Assembly (NCBI GenBank): GCA_047616505.1
Contig: JBLHGI010000001.1
Span: 1 to 60,027, forward strand
DNA: 60,027 bases
Source: Planctomycetota bacterium
GTDB taxonomy: Bacteria > Latescibacterota > UBA2968 > UBA8231
Reading direction: 5' to 3'
The first letter of the stretch is position 1; every line of letters starts with the position of its first letter. The position numbers were made by a program, and so were the translations under genes. Shown one piece after another: positions 10,640 through 19,595 of the stretch. The notes under the pieces are model-generated. The model did not search any database. It had not been told where the DNA came from and saw nothing but the letters and a program-made list of their open reading frames with translations.

Positions 10640-10750
10640 CCCCTTAGCCTTCGCGCTGCTGCACGTGCAAATTCCAGTTTTGCCAATAGTACTTCACTGG
10701 GTCATCCACCGCCCAATCGGCATAGATCTCTTCCCAATTGACCCAACCCA
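10640..10750. repeat. Direct repeat copy R2 (functional 3' end of the PhyH gene)
   Basis: Partner of 9065-9175. It is preceded by a CCTTAGCC microduplication (10633-10640 and 10642-10649). Confidence 0.95.
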
Positions 10751-11531
10751 TATGCGGCAGCAGCGAATCCTCACGGACCGGATGGCTCAGCGGCTGGTAG
10801 CGATAGTCGACGGAGAGACGCAGCTGGTCTAGCGTCTGGTTGTCGCGGCCTTGGTGCACGGCTAGGCTGTGCAATACGAGCACGTCGCCGCAGGCAAAGT
10901 CGCCGCCAAACCACTCGGTATGCTCGTCTATACTCACGGCGCGTCCCCCGGCGCCTTGGGCCTCGTGTACGTCCATCATGCCGCGCGTATGGCTGCCGCG
11001 CGCCACGGCCAACGAGCCGAGTTCGACGGGGCAGTCTCCCAAGGGGATCCACGCCGTCCAGGTTTCGTCGCTGCCGCCGATATAGAAATGGTCCTGGTGC
11101 GGTGGCGTCGAGTGCGTCTGTGTTTGCGGGAACATTAGACGGCAGATATTGCGGCTGTGGGGCAGTGCCTTTTCGTCGAAGAGCGTCGCCAACATGGTCG
11201 TGATCGAATCGTGCAGCGCCAAGGCGTGGAAGTCGCGCAGCTTGAGCACATCGCAATAGAAGTCCTGCCAACGCGAGTCCCCCGATTCAATCACAGATAA
11301 ATTCTCGCGGGCAATGCCGTCTATCGCTTCAGTGCCCTCTTTTAACCAGCCGTGCTCTTGGCAGGTGTGCAGAATTTGTCGGCGCACATTGAACAAGGCC
11401 GCAGATGGCAGCAGCCCCTTGAAGAAGAGACAGCCGTCTTCGCGTGCGCGCTGGCGCAGTGCCTGCGGATCGTCTAATAGTGACGTCGAGTTGGCATAGG
11501 GTTTTATATTGTGCATCGTGGTCATAGCCAT
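10644..11531 (-). CDS. Phytanoyl-CoA dioxygenase (PhyH) family Fe(II)/2-oxoglutarate oxygenase
   Basis: HxD facial triad (TPPHQDHFY), distal His (HSLAVHQGRDN) and a PhyH-like N-terminus. Confidence 0.8.
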   Translation of the reverse strand: MAMTTMHNIKPYANSTSLLDDPQALRQRAREDGCLFFKGLLPSAALFNVRRQILHTCQEHGWLKEGTEAIDGIARENLSVIESGDSRWQDFYCDVLKLRDFHALALHDSITTMLATLFDEKALPHSRNICRLMFPQTQTHSTPPHQDHFYIGGSDETWTAWIPLGDCPVELGSLAVARGSHTRGMMDVHEAQGAGGRAVSIDEHTEWFGGDFACGDVLVLHSLAVHQGRDNQTLDQLRLSVDYRYQPLSHPVREDSLLPHMGWVNWEEIYADWAVDDPVKYYWQNWNLHVQQREG

Positions 11532-11534
11532 AGG

Positions 11535-12614
11535 TCATTTTCTCCATTTAAAGGGCTGTGATAATTTTAGCACGCGCTCGGCCTTTTCGTACCAGCCTTG
11601 CGGCAGGAATTCGTCGCTGTGCATATAGCACTGCACCCGCACTTCGTCGCTGCCCTCTGTAAAACTGAGCAGCCGACTCTTGGGCACATTTTCGGGACCG
11701 TGAAAGCGGCTCAGACAGGCGGCGTTGATAAAGTGAGTGCCGCCCCACTTGGTCTCGATATGCGACTTGTTTCCGCAGGTGTCGTCTGGGTGCGTATGGG
11801 TATGACCGCCGAGCCAGAGGTCCACGGACTGTGGGTGTGCCGCTAAATAGTTTTCGAAAGCACCCGAGTCGGGTTGGCTGTCGACAAAATACAAATATGA
11901 AGCGCCGATGGGAGCGCCCCGTGCTTTGTAGCCGTGGTAGTGGCTCTGCCAATTGCCGGCTTCATCTTTGCGCAGACCTTGCCAGTCACCCGAGGCCACC
12001 GTCGTTTCTTTGAGCATATAGTGGTGGGCCGAAACGATGATGTGGTCGGGGTGTGCTGCGACTTGGTCCTTCCACCAGGCAAAGGTCTCGCCCGTGACGA
12101 CCCCGGCTGGATTGCCCCCTAGAGCGCCGCGGCCGATGGTTTGCGAAGGTTCATTTATATCGCTCATTAACAAAAAGAGCACGTTGCCCACGGAGAAGGA
12201 ATAACGCTCCCAGGTCCCGGCAATGGGATAGGGCCGTTTGCTCGCGTCCACGCCGGAAAACTGCGTATGCTCCCCGAGCGGATCGACCCATTTCTGCCAC
12301 CACCAGGCCGCTTCCTCGTCGAGGCCGCTGCGGTCGTGGTTGCCGCAAATGGAATAGATCTCTTCGCGCCGGTGTTTTTTTAGGGCGGCCAATTGCCGGA
12401 CTACCTCGCGGCCCTCGTCATCGTCGGGCACATTCTGTCCGCCCGACATATCGCCGATATCAACGGCGATATCCCAGTCAAAAGACGGTCCACCCCGGTC
12501 CCCTCCTTGCTCGGAAGTGCGCAGTGATTCGGATAGGCTGTGGCGGCCTCGCTTGAGGTCGGTGCCGACGTGGGCGTCGCCAAAAGCCCAGAGACTAAAG
12601 GTATTTTTGCACAT
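11535..12614 (-). CDS. Calcineurin-like metallophosphoesterase
   Basis: Motifs GDAHVG, GDMSGG, GNHD, SAHHY and GGHTHTH. Lies 3 nt upstream of the PhyH gene (operon). Confidence 0.85.
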   Translation of the reverse strand: MCKNTFSLWAFGDAHVGTDLKRGRHSLSESLRTSEQGGDRGGPSFDWDIAVDIGDMSGGQNVPDDDEGREVVRQLAALKKHRREEIYSICGNHDRSGLDEEAAWWWQKWVDPLGEHTQFSGVDASKRPYPIAGTWERYSFSVGNVLFLLMSDINEPSQTIGRGALGGNPAGVVTGETFAWWKDQVAAHPDHIIVSAHHYMLKETTVASGDWQGLRKDEAGNWQSHYHGYKARGAPIGASYLYFVDSQPDSGAFENYLAAHPQSVDLWLGGHTHTHPDDTCGNKSHIETKWGGTHFINAACLSRFHGPENVPKSRLLSFTEGSDEVRVQCYMHSDEFLPQGWYEKAERVLKLSQPFKWRK

Positions 12615-12881
12615 TTTTCAGCTAGCGCTTCTCTGAAATGTTCTGATCATAATGATGGTCTGCCGGAACGCGCTCTAGCTTGGTGATGAGATAGACAAAG
12701 TTGCCCTGCGGTAGAAAAGTCGTGGCGACCAATATACGGAGCAGAAGCAGAGGAACAAATACGTTCGGCCATCTCACCTATTGATGTCCGTGTGTTCACG
12801 GATTATTCTTTGCGCAGGTTCATGGGAGAAATCGCGAAGACAGCCCATCTAAGCCAGTACTTTAAATAAGAGGAACCGTCT

Positions 12882-14228
12882 ATGGAAGCCTGGATCTTTG
12901 TACACGACCCGCTTGAACGTTATTTAGATGACTATCAGCGCATATTCGACGCTTGGGAGGCGGGTGGCGTGCGCGGCATTGTCGTCGGTTATCTCGCTTT
13001 TACGGGTGAAAATGGCGAGCGCGTGCCAACCTTCCAATCAGACCCAGCGGTGTACAAATCATTTGGCGTTGACCCACCGAAAGAAAGCCCTCGCGATCCA
13101 AAAAAAGAAAAGCGCTTCCAGGCCATGCTCGACAATGCGGCTGCGCGCGGTTGGCATATTATGACTTTTTACGTGGGGGGCGGCGGTGGCAATCTGCCCG
13201 TAGAAGAAGATCCGCATGGAGTAGTAGGTTATGCTGCCAATGTGCAGGACACGATGAACGCCCTACCGCAGGCGCATGGATTTATTCTCGACGGTCCCGG
13301 TGAACAGCACTACGAGTTGGCGTTTCATCACGGTGGCGAGTTGCTCGAAATTCGTCCCGGCAGCGAAGCGCGTTTTGCCGCGCTAGGTTTCGACTTGGAC
13401 CGCATGCAGCGCGGCATAGACCACCTGCGCTCGCGTTTACACCAACTCACGCCCGCGGCCGTGCGTTATCAGGCTCCTGCGGGTATGCTGGCAGGGATGC
13501 AACTTTTTGATATAAACGAAGACGTGCTCTACTGGCTTAGAGCACGCCGCCAGACGGCGCTGGGATCGATGGAGGCGATGGCAGGGCAGCTGCCCCAGCT
13601 CAATCGGAAAATAGAGTTGGGTGGCATTCCGCGCACGGCGGCCTTTTCGTCGCTGACCTGCCAGGACTATCATCAGATGTCTCGTTATTTCGACTATATA
13701 TTCCCCAAACACTACTACTGGCATCGGGGTTTTGATGGGCTCTATGGCACGGTCTCGCGTTGGGTGCAAAAGCTGCTGGAATGGAATCCCGGCTTGAGCG
13801 AGGCCGATGGTTTTAGTGTGGTGCGCTCCTTATTTGGCATAGAGCTGCCGGGTGTAAGCTCGCTACTGGACATGGAAATGGGTTTTCCGTCGGAGTTTTT
13901 CTCCGAGTTAGTTTACAACGAAACGGAACGGGCTTTAGAAGCGATTGGCCCGGATAAAACAATTTGCTGGGTTTCGACAGGGCGCGCCCCGCACGCCGGC
14001 GACTCTATGGGCGCGCGCGATCTCTACGGCATTCTCGATGCTTCGCGGCAGGCCGGGCTCAAGCGCTTTCTCTTCCACCCCGACCCGGATATGGGAGCGC
14101 CGGAGTGGCATATTCTTTCGAAAATGTGCGGTACGCCGTGGGAAGGGGATGTCGACGGTCCTTATTGGCCGGCGGATACGCCTCGTGAGACGTTTAGCGG
14201 TGCGCGCGAGCCCAAGGGCAGCGAGTAG
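12882..14228 (+). CDS. Hypothetical protein (448 aa, cytoplasmic, no motif recognised)
   Basis: Long ORF with a GAGGAA RBS and gene-like composition. I recognise no family. Confidence 0.6.
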   Translation: MEAWIFVHDPLERYLDDYQRIFDAWEAGGVRGIVVGYLAFTGENGERVPTFQSDPAVYKSFGVDPPKESPRDPKKEKRFQAMLDNAAARGWHIMTFYVGGGGGNLPVEEDPHGVVGYAANVQDTMNALPQAHGFILDGPGEQHYELAFHHGGELLEIRPGSEARFAALGFDLDRMQRGIDHLRSRLHQLTPAAVRYQAPAGMLAGMQLFDINEDVLYWLRARRQTALGSMEAMAGQLPQLNRKIELGGIPRTAAFSSLTCQDYHQMSRYFDYIFPKHYYWHRGFDGLYGTVSRWVQKLLEWNPGLSEADGFSVVRSLFGIELPGVSSLLDMEMGFPSEFFSELVYNETERALEAIGPDKTICWVSTGRAPHAGDSMGARDLYGILDASRQAGLKRFLFHPDPDMGAPEWHILSKMCGTPWEGDVDGPYWPADTPRETFSGAREPKGSE

Positions 14229-14232
14229 GTAA

Positions 14233-15075
14233 TTAGCCCGTGCCGTTATACATGGCGGCGATTAAGTAGGGATACTCGTTGGTTCCATGATAATGATACG
14301 AACCATCGCTGGCCTCGTGGCCGTGGTACTCGTCGAGCGCCCGCATGGGTGCGCCGTCGGGTTCGGTCGAACCGTATACGGCAAAGCCATCGAGCCCATA
14401 GGCAATGGGCATGATACCAGAGGTGCTTTCTAAATGCAGCGGTGCAGCGTGGTAATGGTAGTCGTCGGCGCGGCCGGAATGGCCGCCGAAATCGTCGAGC
14501 TCACCAATCTCTTTAGAGACTAGGCCGGAGGCGTTGAGTGGATTAAAGATGGGAATGCCGTTGGCGGCGACGGCGATGGCTCCGCGCTGGAGATCCGTCT
14601 CTATGCTGATTGGATTGGCGGCGTATTGCGGATGGAGCGGAATGGGCCAGGCGTTGTCGCCCGTATCGGGCTGGGGTAGCGGCACTTGGGCAATCCAAGC
14701 GGTGATATTGACCATCATCTGATGCTCGGGTATGCCGCCGGACTCTACGTAGAAATAATTATCGTCATAGCGCGTGCCGACCTTGGCATAGGGCGCGAAG
14801 GCCTGCGTCATAGCAGCTGGGCTTGTAGACAAAATATCTGTAGGATCAGAGGGGGTCGAAATATTGTTGCCGTCCGTCGCGCCATCAGTAGGCTCTGTAG
14901 TGGCAGAATTGTCGTTCGTATTGCCCGTGGTATCGTCTACGGGTGAGGTCGTCTCTGAGCTGCCACCTGCATTGTCGGAGGGTGATGTGCTCGTCGGGGA
15001 ATCGCTGTCGCCCGAACAGGCGTAGGCGATGAACGAGAAAATACACGCGAAGACCAGAGGGTATCTCGAGACCAT
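14233..15075 (-). CDS. YHYH-domain lipoprotein
   Basis: Signal/lipobox-like FIAYAC|SGD, a long S/T/D-rich linker, then the histidine motifs DDYHYHAAP, YHGHE and YHYHG typical of the YHYH family. Confidence 0.7.
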   Translation of the reverse strand: MVSRYPLVFACIFSFIAYACSGDSDSPTSTSPSDNAGGSSETTSPVDDTTGNTNDNSATTEPTDGATDGNNISTPSDPTDILSTSPAAMTQAFAPYAKVGTRYDDNYFYVESGGIPEHQMMVNITAWIAQVPLPQPDTGDNAWPIPLHPQYAANPISIETDLQRGAIAVAANGIPIFNPLNASGLVSKEIGELDDFGGHSGRADDYHYHAAPLHLESTSGIMPIAYGLDGFAVYGSTEPDGAPMRALDEYHGHEASDGSYHYHGTNEYPYLIAAMYNGTG

Positions 15076-15144
15076 GGACGACGTCCTTTTTCACAATGCC
15101 CTCGCGGTCCCCTCACGAACCCAAACAAATTTTAGATAGAGTTG

Positions 15145-15396
15145 TTATTTTAGATCGGGTAGCGTTGGTTCGAGCGTCGAGCGCAAGTAGCACAGGCTCA
15201 GAGTTAGGTCTTTGTAGGCTTCGATAAAAGCTTCCTGAGCCACGTCCTCTGCTAAGTGGGCGTCTTTCAGGATGGCTCCGGCGTAGCCTACCGCCATGTC
15301 CTGGAAGCGATGGACTATTTTTCCATACGCTTCCAGGTCGCCGTTTTGTGCTCTTGCTAAGAGGGTCTATAGCTCTTCCACTGATTTATATTGCTT
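15145..15396 (-). pseudogene. Relic of an ECF (sigma-70 family) sigma factor: region 2 only, with an in-frame TAG
   Basis: Minus-strand translation: KQYKSVEEL*TLLARAQNGDLEAYGKIVHRFQDMAVGYAGAILKDAHLAEDVAQEAFIEAYKDL, followed by unrelated residues and TAA at 15145-15147. TAG at 15367-15369. No region 4. Confidence 0.6.
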
Positions 15397-15510
15397 TCTT
15401 TCTCGCACGTATTTGAAGGCCTTCAAAATAAAGAACCCACTTTAGTGGAAGTTCCTTAGTCGTTTTTTTACACTTTCCTCATATAAAAAAAGAAATAATG
15501 GAAAGAAAAC

Positions 15511-16278
15511 ATGAGTGAGCTCATTCGCGCCGATCGCCGCGTGCTAGTATTCAGCGCTCACGCCGCCGACTTTTGCTCGCGCGCAGGCGGTACGATAGCC
15601 CGTCTAGTAGAAGCAGGTAGTAAAGTACATATTATCAACTGTAGCTATGGCGAAAAGTGCGAGTCTCCGGCTCTGTGGGCGCGCGAACCCGTGCCATCGC
15701 TAGAGCAGATAAAACAAATGCGCGCGGAGGAAATGGCGGCGGCCGCCGCTGTGCTGGGTGTGACGATTGAATGCTTGGACTTTGGCGATAGCCCGCTACT
15801 GATCGGTCCCGAGAGGCGGCAGCAGCTTTTGGAATTATTGCGTCGACACCAGCCCGACCTCGTACTGACGCATTGGAAGGACGATATATTACACCCCGAT
15901 CACTGCGCGGCAACTGAGGCGGTCATTTGGGCTAGCCGCTACTGTTTCCGACCCGGTATTGAAGGCGAGTCTAGCGCACCGCCGTGTCCTGCTCCCGAAA
16001 TTGTCTTTTACGAAACGACGTTGGGCACGGCTCCCGTAGCGCGCTATATCCCCAATCTCTTTGTCGATATCTCCGCCAGCTATGAGCGCAAATGCAAAGC
16101 GCTGGACTGTTTTAACGCACAGCCCGGCCTGGCCGAGCGCTATGGTTTTCTCTCTCGCTATCGGGCGTTAGAAGCGCAGTCGACGGCGTGGATGAAGGGC
16201 TGCGAATTTGCCGAGGGGTTTGTGCGTTTGGGCACGGAGTCGGCAGGGTTCTCAGGGTCTAGTGGGTTTGGACCTTAG
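15511..16278 (+). CDS. PIG-L/LmbE family deacetylase
   Basis: VLVFSAHAADFCSRAGGTIARL (AHxDD-type motif), HPDH motif, about 250 aa. Confidence 0.75.
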   Translation: MSELIRADRRVLVFSAHAADFCSRAGGTIARLVEAGSKVHIINCSYGEKCESPALWAREPVPSLEQIKQMRAEEMAAAAAVLGVTIECLDFGDSPLLIGPERRQQLLELLRRHQPDLVLTHWKDDILHPDHCAATEAVIWASRYCFRPGIEGESSAPPCPAPEIVFYETTLGTAPVARYIPNLFVDISASYERKCKALDCFNAQPGLAERYGFLSRYRALEAQSTAWMKGCEFAEGFVRLGTESAGFSGSSGFGP

Positions 16279-16285
16279 TTCTCCC

Positions 16286-17455
16286 TCACTCTACCGTCCA
16301 CATACCGGGCATACCCCTATCGCCTTGGTCCACCGTATAGCGCGCGAGCGCGTCCAAATCGAGTTGCACGCCGAGCCCTGGCCCCTGTGGCACCAGCACG
16401 TGCCCCGCTTCGTACACCAACGGCTCGGTGATCAGATCGTCTTCGCGCATAAATTGACCGATGATATCGCTGCCCAAGGTGCAGGACGGCGTGGCGGCGC
16501 AGACATGGGCATATGAGGCGTCGAGGATGCCTAGGTCCAGCCCGGAGCCGCGCCAGATAGCCATGCCGGCTATCTCGGCCATATAACCCAATTGGTTGAC
16601 CGTTGTCATCGTCCCGCGCAGGTTGAAGATATCGGCGGCGCCGAGGCGAATGGCTTCTAACACGTCATCGGGGCGCTCTAGGTGCAGGGCGAGGGGAATA
16701 TCCATTTCTTGGCGCAGGCGCACATAAGCCGAGAGGTCTTCCTTGGGCAGCGGGTCTTCAAATACTTCGATCGGATAGTCTTTCATCGCCTCGGCCAAGG
16801 CCAGCGTCGCCTCTATGGTGTGAAAGCGCTGGTTGGGATCTAGGCTGATGCGAAAGTTGGGACCGCAGGCTTCGTAGATCGCCTGTACGCGTTCGAGGTT
16901 TGGGTCCTCGAGCACACATTTTATTTTGATGCCGCCGAAACCGAGCGCCTGCCCCTCGCGGGCGACGAGCGCCAATTCTTCCGGTGTGCGGCGTCCCGAC
17001 CAATAGTGCACCAACACACGGTCGCGGACGGCGCCCCCCAAGAGCTGATAGATGGGCACGCCATGGCATTGACCCATGGCGTCGGCCAACGCGACCTCAA
17101 AGGCGTGGATAGATGGGTTGTGGTCGATGGGGCGCACGGCGACGAGTTCGCCGAGATCGCGGGCATTTACGGCGCTGGCATCGTGGGGAAGGCCCAGCCG
17201 GTGCAGCGACAGACGCGCTGGGTCTTGCCCCAACAGCATTTCTGCGGCGGCGTGGACTGCCGTATCAGGCGTGCCCTTCCAGGTCTCGCCCAAGCCAATA
17301 ATCCCCGCGTCCGTATGCAGCTGAATGATGTGCTTGTGCAGTCCTTCTGTTGCAATATAACCGTCGTTGGTCGCCTTTACTGGATCGGCTGGAGCAGTCT
17401 TCATGGGCACGTGGACCCGGTTGATATCGATGCGTACTATTTTCATGGTTTCCAC
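16286..17455 (-). CDS. Mandelate racemase/muconate-lactonizing enzyme (enolase superfamily)
   Basis: IKIKC...ISLDPNQRF...VFEDPLP metal-ligand pattern. N-terminal capping domain plus a TIM-barrel-length protein. Confidence 0.8.
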   Translation of the reverse strand: METMKIVRIDINRVHVPMKTAPADPVKATNDGYIATEGLHKHIIQLHTDAGIIGLGETWKGTPDTAVHAAAEMLLGQDPARLSLHRLGLPHDASAVNARDLGELVAVRPIDHNPSIHAFEVALADAMGQCHGVPIYQLLGGAVRDRVLVHYWSGRRTPEELALVAREGQALGFGGIKIKCVLEDPNLERVQAIYEACGPNFRISLDPNQRFHTIEATLALAEAMKDYPIEVFEDPLPKEDLSAYVRLRQEMDIPLALHLERPDDVLEAIRLGAADIFNLRGTMTTVNQLGYMAEIAGMAIWRGSGLDLGILDASYAHVCAATPSCTLGSDIIGQFMREDDLITEPLVYEAGHVLVPQGPGLGVQLDLDALARYTVDQGDRGMPGMWTVE

Positions 17456-17623
17456 TTTTTGTCGTGAATTGGAATGGGTTGTCTATCCGTTTGATAAATA
17501 GGGCCCCGTTTCCCGCTGAGTTATAGGCTCGCCCTGTCATCCTGTTGCATTCTGTTGCATTTATAGACATTGCCCCCTAATTTTGTCGGCTTATTCACTT
17601 CTGCACAGTTGAAAGGAATTACA

Positions 17624-18427
17624 GTGTCATCGGAATACAAGACCTTGTTAATTGGCGGGCGCGGCAATATTGGCGCTGGCCTGCGCACTTATTTGCCGCG
17701 TTTGGACGAGCGTTATCGCATTGTTTCGGTCGATTTGCCCGGGGCTAAAGACAAAGTTACGGCAGCGGATGCGCAGCGCGAACTGGTCGATCTCGATATC
17801 GCTAGCGATCCCGCTGCGCTCAGCGATTTAATATCGGGTTTTGATTTGGTCGTTTACCTAGCGCGCAAAGGCAACTTAGCAGAGATGAACGAGATGACGG
17901 ATTTGGTGTTTGAAGCGGTGCTGGCTCAGACTAAACTACCAATGGTCGTGGCGTCGAGTTCGGTACATGCCGTCGATGGATTGTACGATTTCTATCAAAA
18001 AGACAGCGCCTACTGGACTATGGCCGACCGCGATTTTTCTGCCATTAACCCATGGCCAGAACGCATCGCTGCTACAGCCCCTGCTCATGCGACCAACGAT
18101 TACGGCCGCGAAAAAGAATACGCTGAACAATGGTGCAAACGCATGGCAGCTAAGGGCCACGGTGCTATCGCCGCGCGCTGGGGGGGTATCAACGAACGCA
18201 ACGCCGTTGCCGAGGTTTCCGAGCGCGGATACTTCTCCGTTTGGTGTCATCAAGAAGATGCGGCTCGCTTCGTACATGCCTGCTACCAAAGCTACTTAAA
18301 TGATCGCCTACCTAGCGGTGCGCACTACTTTGTCATTTCGGACAATACCTATAATATTTTCGATATAGAAACGCCGCGGCGAGAAATTGGCTACGAGCCA
18401 GTGCACAACGCAGAGACGTATTATTAA
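17624..18427 (+). CDS. NAD(P)-dependent epimerase/dehydratase-like Rossmann protein
   Basis: LLIGGRGNIGAG glycine-rich loop near the N-terminus. I prefer the GTG at 17624, preceded by GAAAGGA, to the TTG at 17570. Confidence 0.55.
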   Translation: MSSEYKTLLIGGRGNIGAGLRTYLPRLDERYRIVSVDLPGAKDKVTAADAQRELVDLDIASDPAALSDLISGFDLVVYLARKGNLAEMNEMTDLVFEAVLAQTKLPMVVASSSVHAVDGLYDFYQKDSAYWTMADRDFSAINPWPERIAATAPAHATNDYGREKEYAEQWCKRMAAKGHGAIAARWGGINERNAVAEVSERGYFSVWCHQEDAARFVHACYQSYLNDRLPSGAHYFVISDNTYNIFDIETPRREIGYEPVHNAETYY

Positions 18428-19431
18428 ACTCCCTCGGTCCACGCTCTAAAACGCTCGTCGTCGACATTGCGTCCGCTGACGACGAGCGCAATATCCCCCT
18501 CTCCCTCCAATGTGACTTTACCCGTCAGCGCCGCTGCTATGGCAATGGCGCCGGAGGGTTCGGTGCGCAATCCGTGCTGCTGGTAAATCCATCGCATCGC
18601 CTGCCGTGTTTCGCTATCGGGCACGCGCGCAGATGCTCGTACATGCTGCGCTAAGATCGGCCAGTTGTGCTCGCCGACATCGTACGAGCACAGGCCGTCG
18701 CAAATACTCGTTGGCCGTTCGATGCGCACGCGCTCGCCCGCCGCTAACGATTGGTAGAAATCATCGGCTCCCTCTGGCTCGACGCCGACGATATTAGCCT
18801 GCGGGAAACCGTCGGCGATGGCCAATGCGTGCCCAGCCATTAGCCCGCCGCCGCTGACTTGGCAGAGAAAGTGCGACAGGTTGCGGTCCATCCTCTTTAG
18901 TTCGTCTACTATTTCAAGGCCACCGACGCCATTGCCGGCAATCACATCAGCGTCGTCATAGGGTGAGGCCTGGACGGCATGTTCCTCTTCGGCAATCTCC
19001 CGCGTCAATTGGTCTCGCTGGCCCGTCAGGTGATCGGTCTTAATATCGTAGGTGCGGATCTCTGCGCCGAACGAACGCGTGCGCTCAAATTTGATTTGCG
19101 GTGCGCTCTCGGGCATGACGATGATAACGCGTTTATCGTAGCGCATGCCGGCAAAGGCGATGCCGGAGGCAAAATTGCCGGAAGAGTGTGCCGCTACGGG
19201 TCGGTCGCCGATATGCTCGAGATGGTTGGCCATCCAGTTCAAGGCGCCGAGCAGCTTAAACGAACCCACCGGCGTCCAGCCGTAATCCTTTAGCCAAACG
19301 CGGCGTCCTTCCGCTAGTCCTAACTCTTTTTCTAAGGCGTGCGAGCGGATCAAGGGTGCAGGCGAGAGGTGTTGGCGTATGATGCTTTCGGCGCGGCGGA
19401 CGTCTTCGATGGCGGCGATGCGGATCTTCAT
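18424..19431 (-). CDS. PLP-dependent threonine/serine dehydratase-like enzyme (tryptophan synthase beta superfamily)
   Basis: PLP-lysine motif GSFKLLGA and glycine loop SGGGLMAG. About 330 aa. Confidence 0.8.
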   Translation of the reverse strand: MKIRIAAIEDVRRAESIIRQHLSPAPLIRSHALEKELGLAEGRRVWLKDYGWTPVGSFKLLGALNWMANHLEHIGDRPVAAHSSGNFASGIAFAGMRYDKRVIIVMPESAPQIKFERTRSFGAEIRTYDIKTDHLTGQRDQLTREIAEEEHAVQASPYDDADVIAGNGVGGLEIVDELKRMDRNLSHFLCQVSGGGLMAGHALAIADGFPQANIVGVEPEGADDFYQSLAAGERVRIERPTSICDGLCSYDVGEHNWPILAQHVRASARVPDSETRQAMRWIYQQHGLRTEPSGAIAIAAALTGKVTLEGEGDIALVVSGRNVDDERFRAWTEGV

Positions 19432-19595
19432 GTGCTCCCCCTTGGAAAGTCGTCAATCTAAGAGACTACAGAGAGAGGGTCAACGCATGGGGTCTTCGCT
19501 CTTGCTCTGCGTGGGCGAAAGCTGTTTTATATGGGCGCAGTATACTAGTATTATCAAACTGTGCGCGGCTGATTTTGTCCGTGCACTTTTCAATA

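Noticed and set aside
8948-10741. ORFs 8948..9166 and 10415..10741, which share an identical 31-aa peptide (PLSLRAAARANSSFANSTSLGHPPPNRHRSL)
   Set aside because: The shared peptide is simply the 111-bp DNA duplication read in a non-coding frame, antisense to the PhyH 3' end. It is not a pair of paralogous genes.
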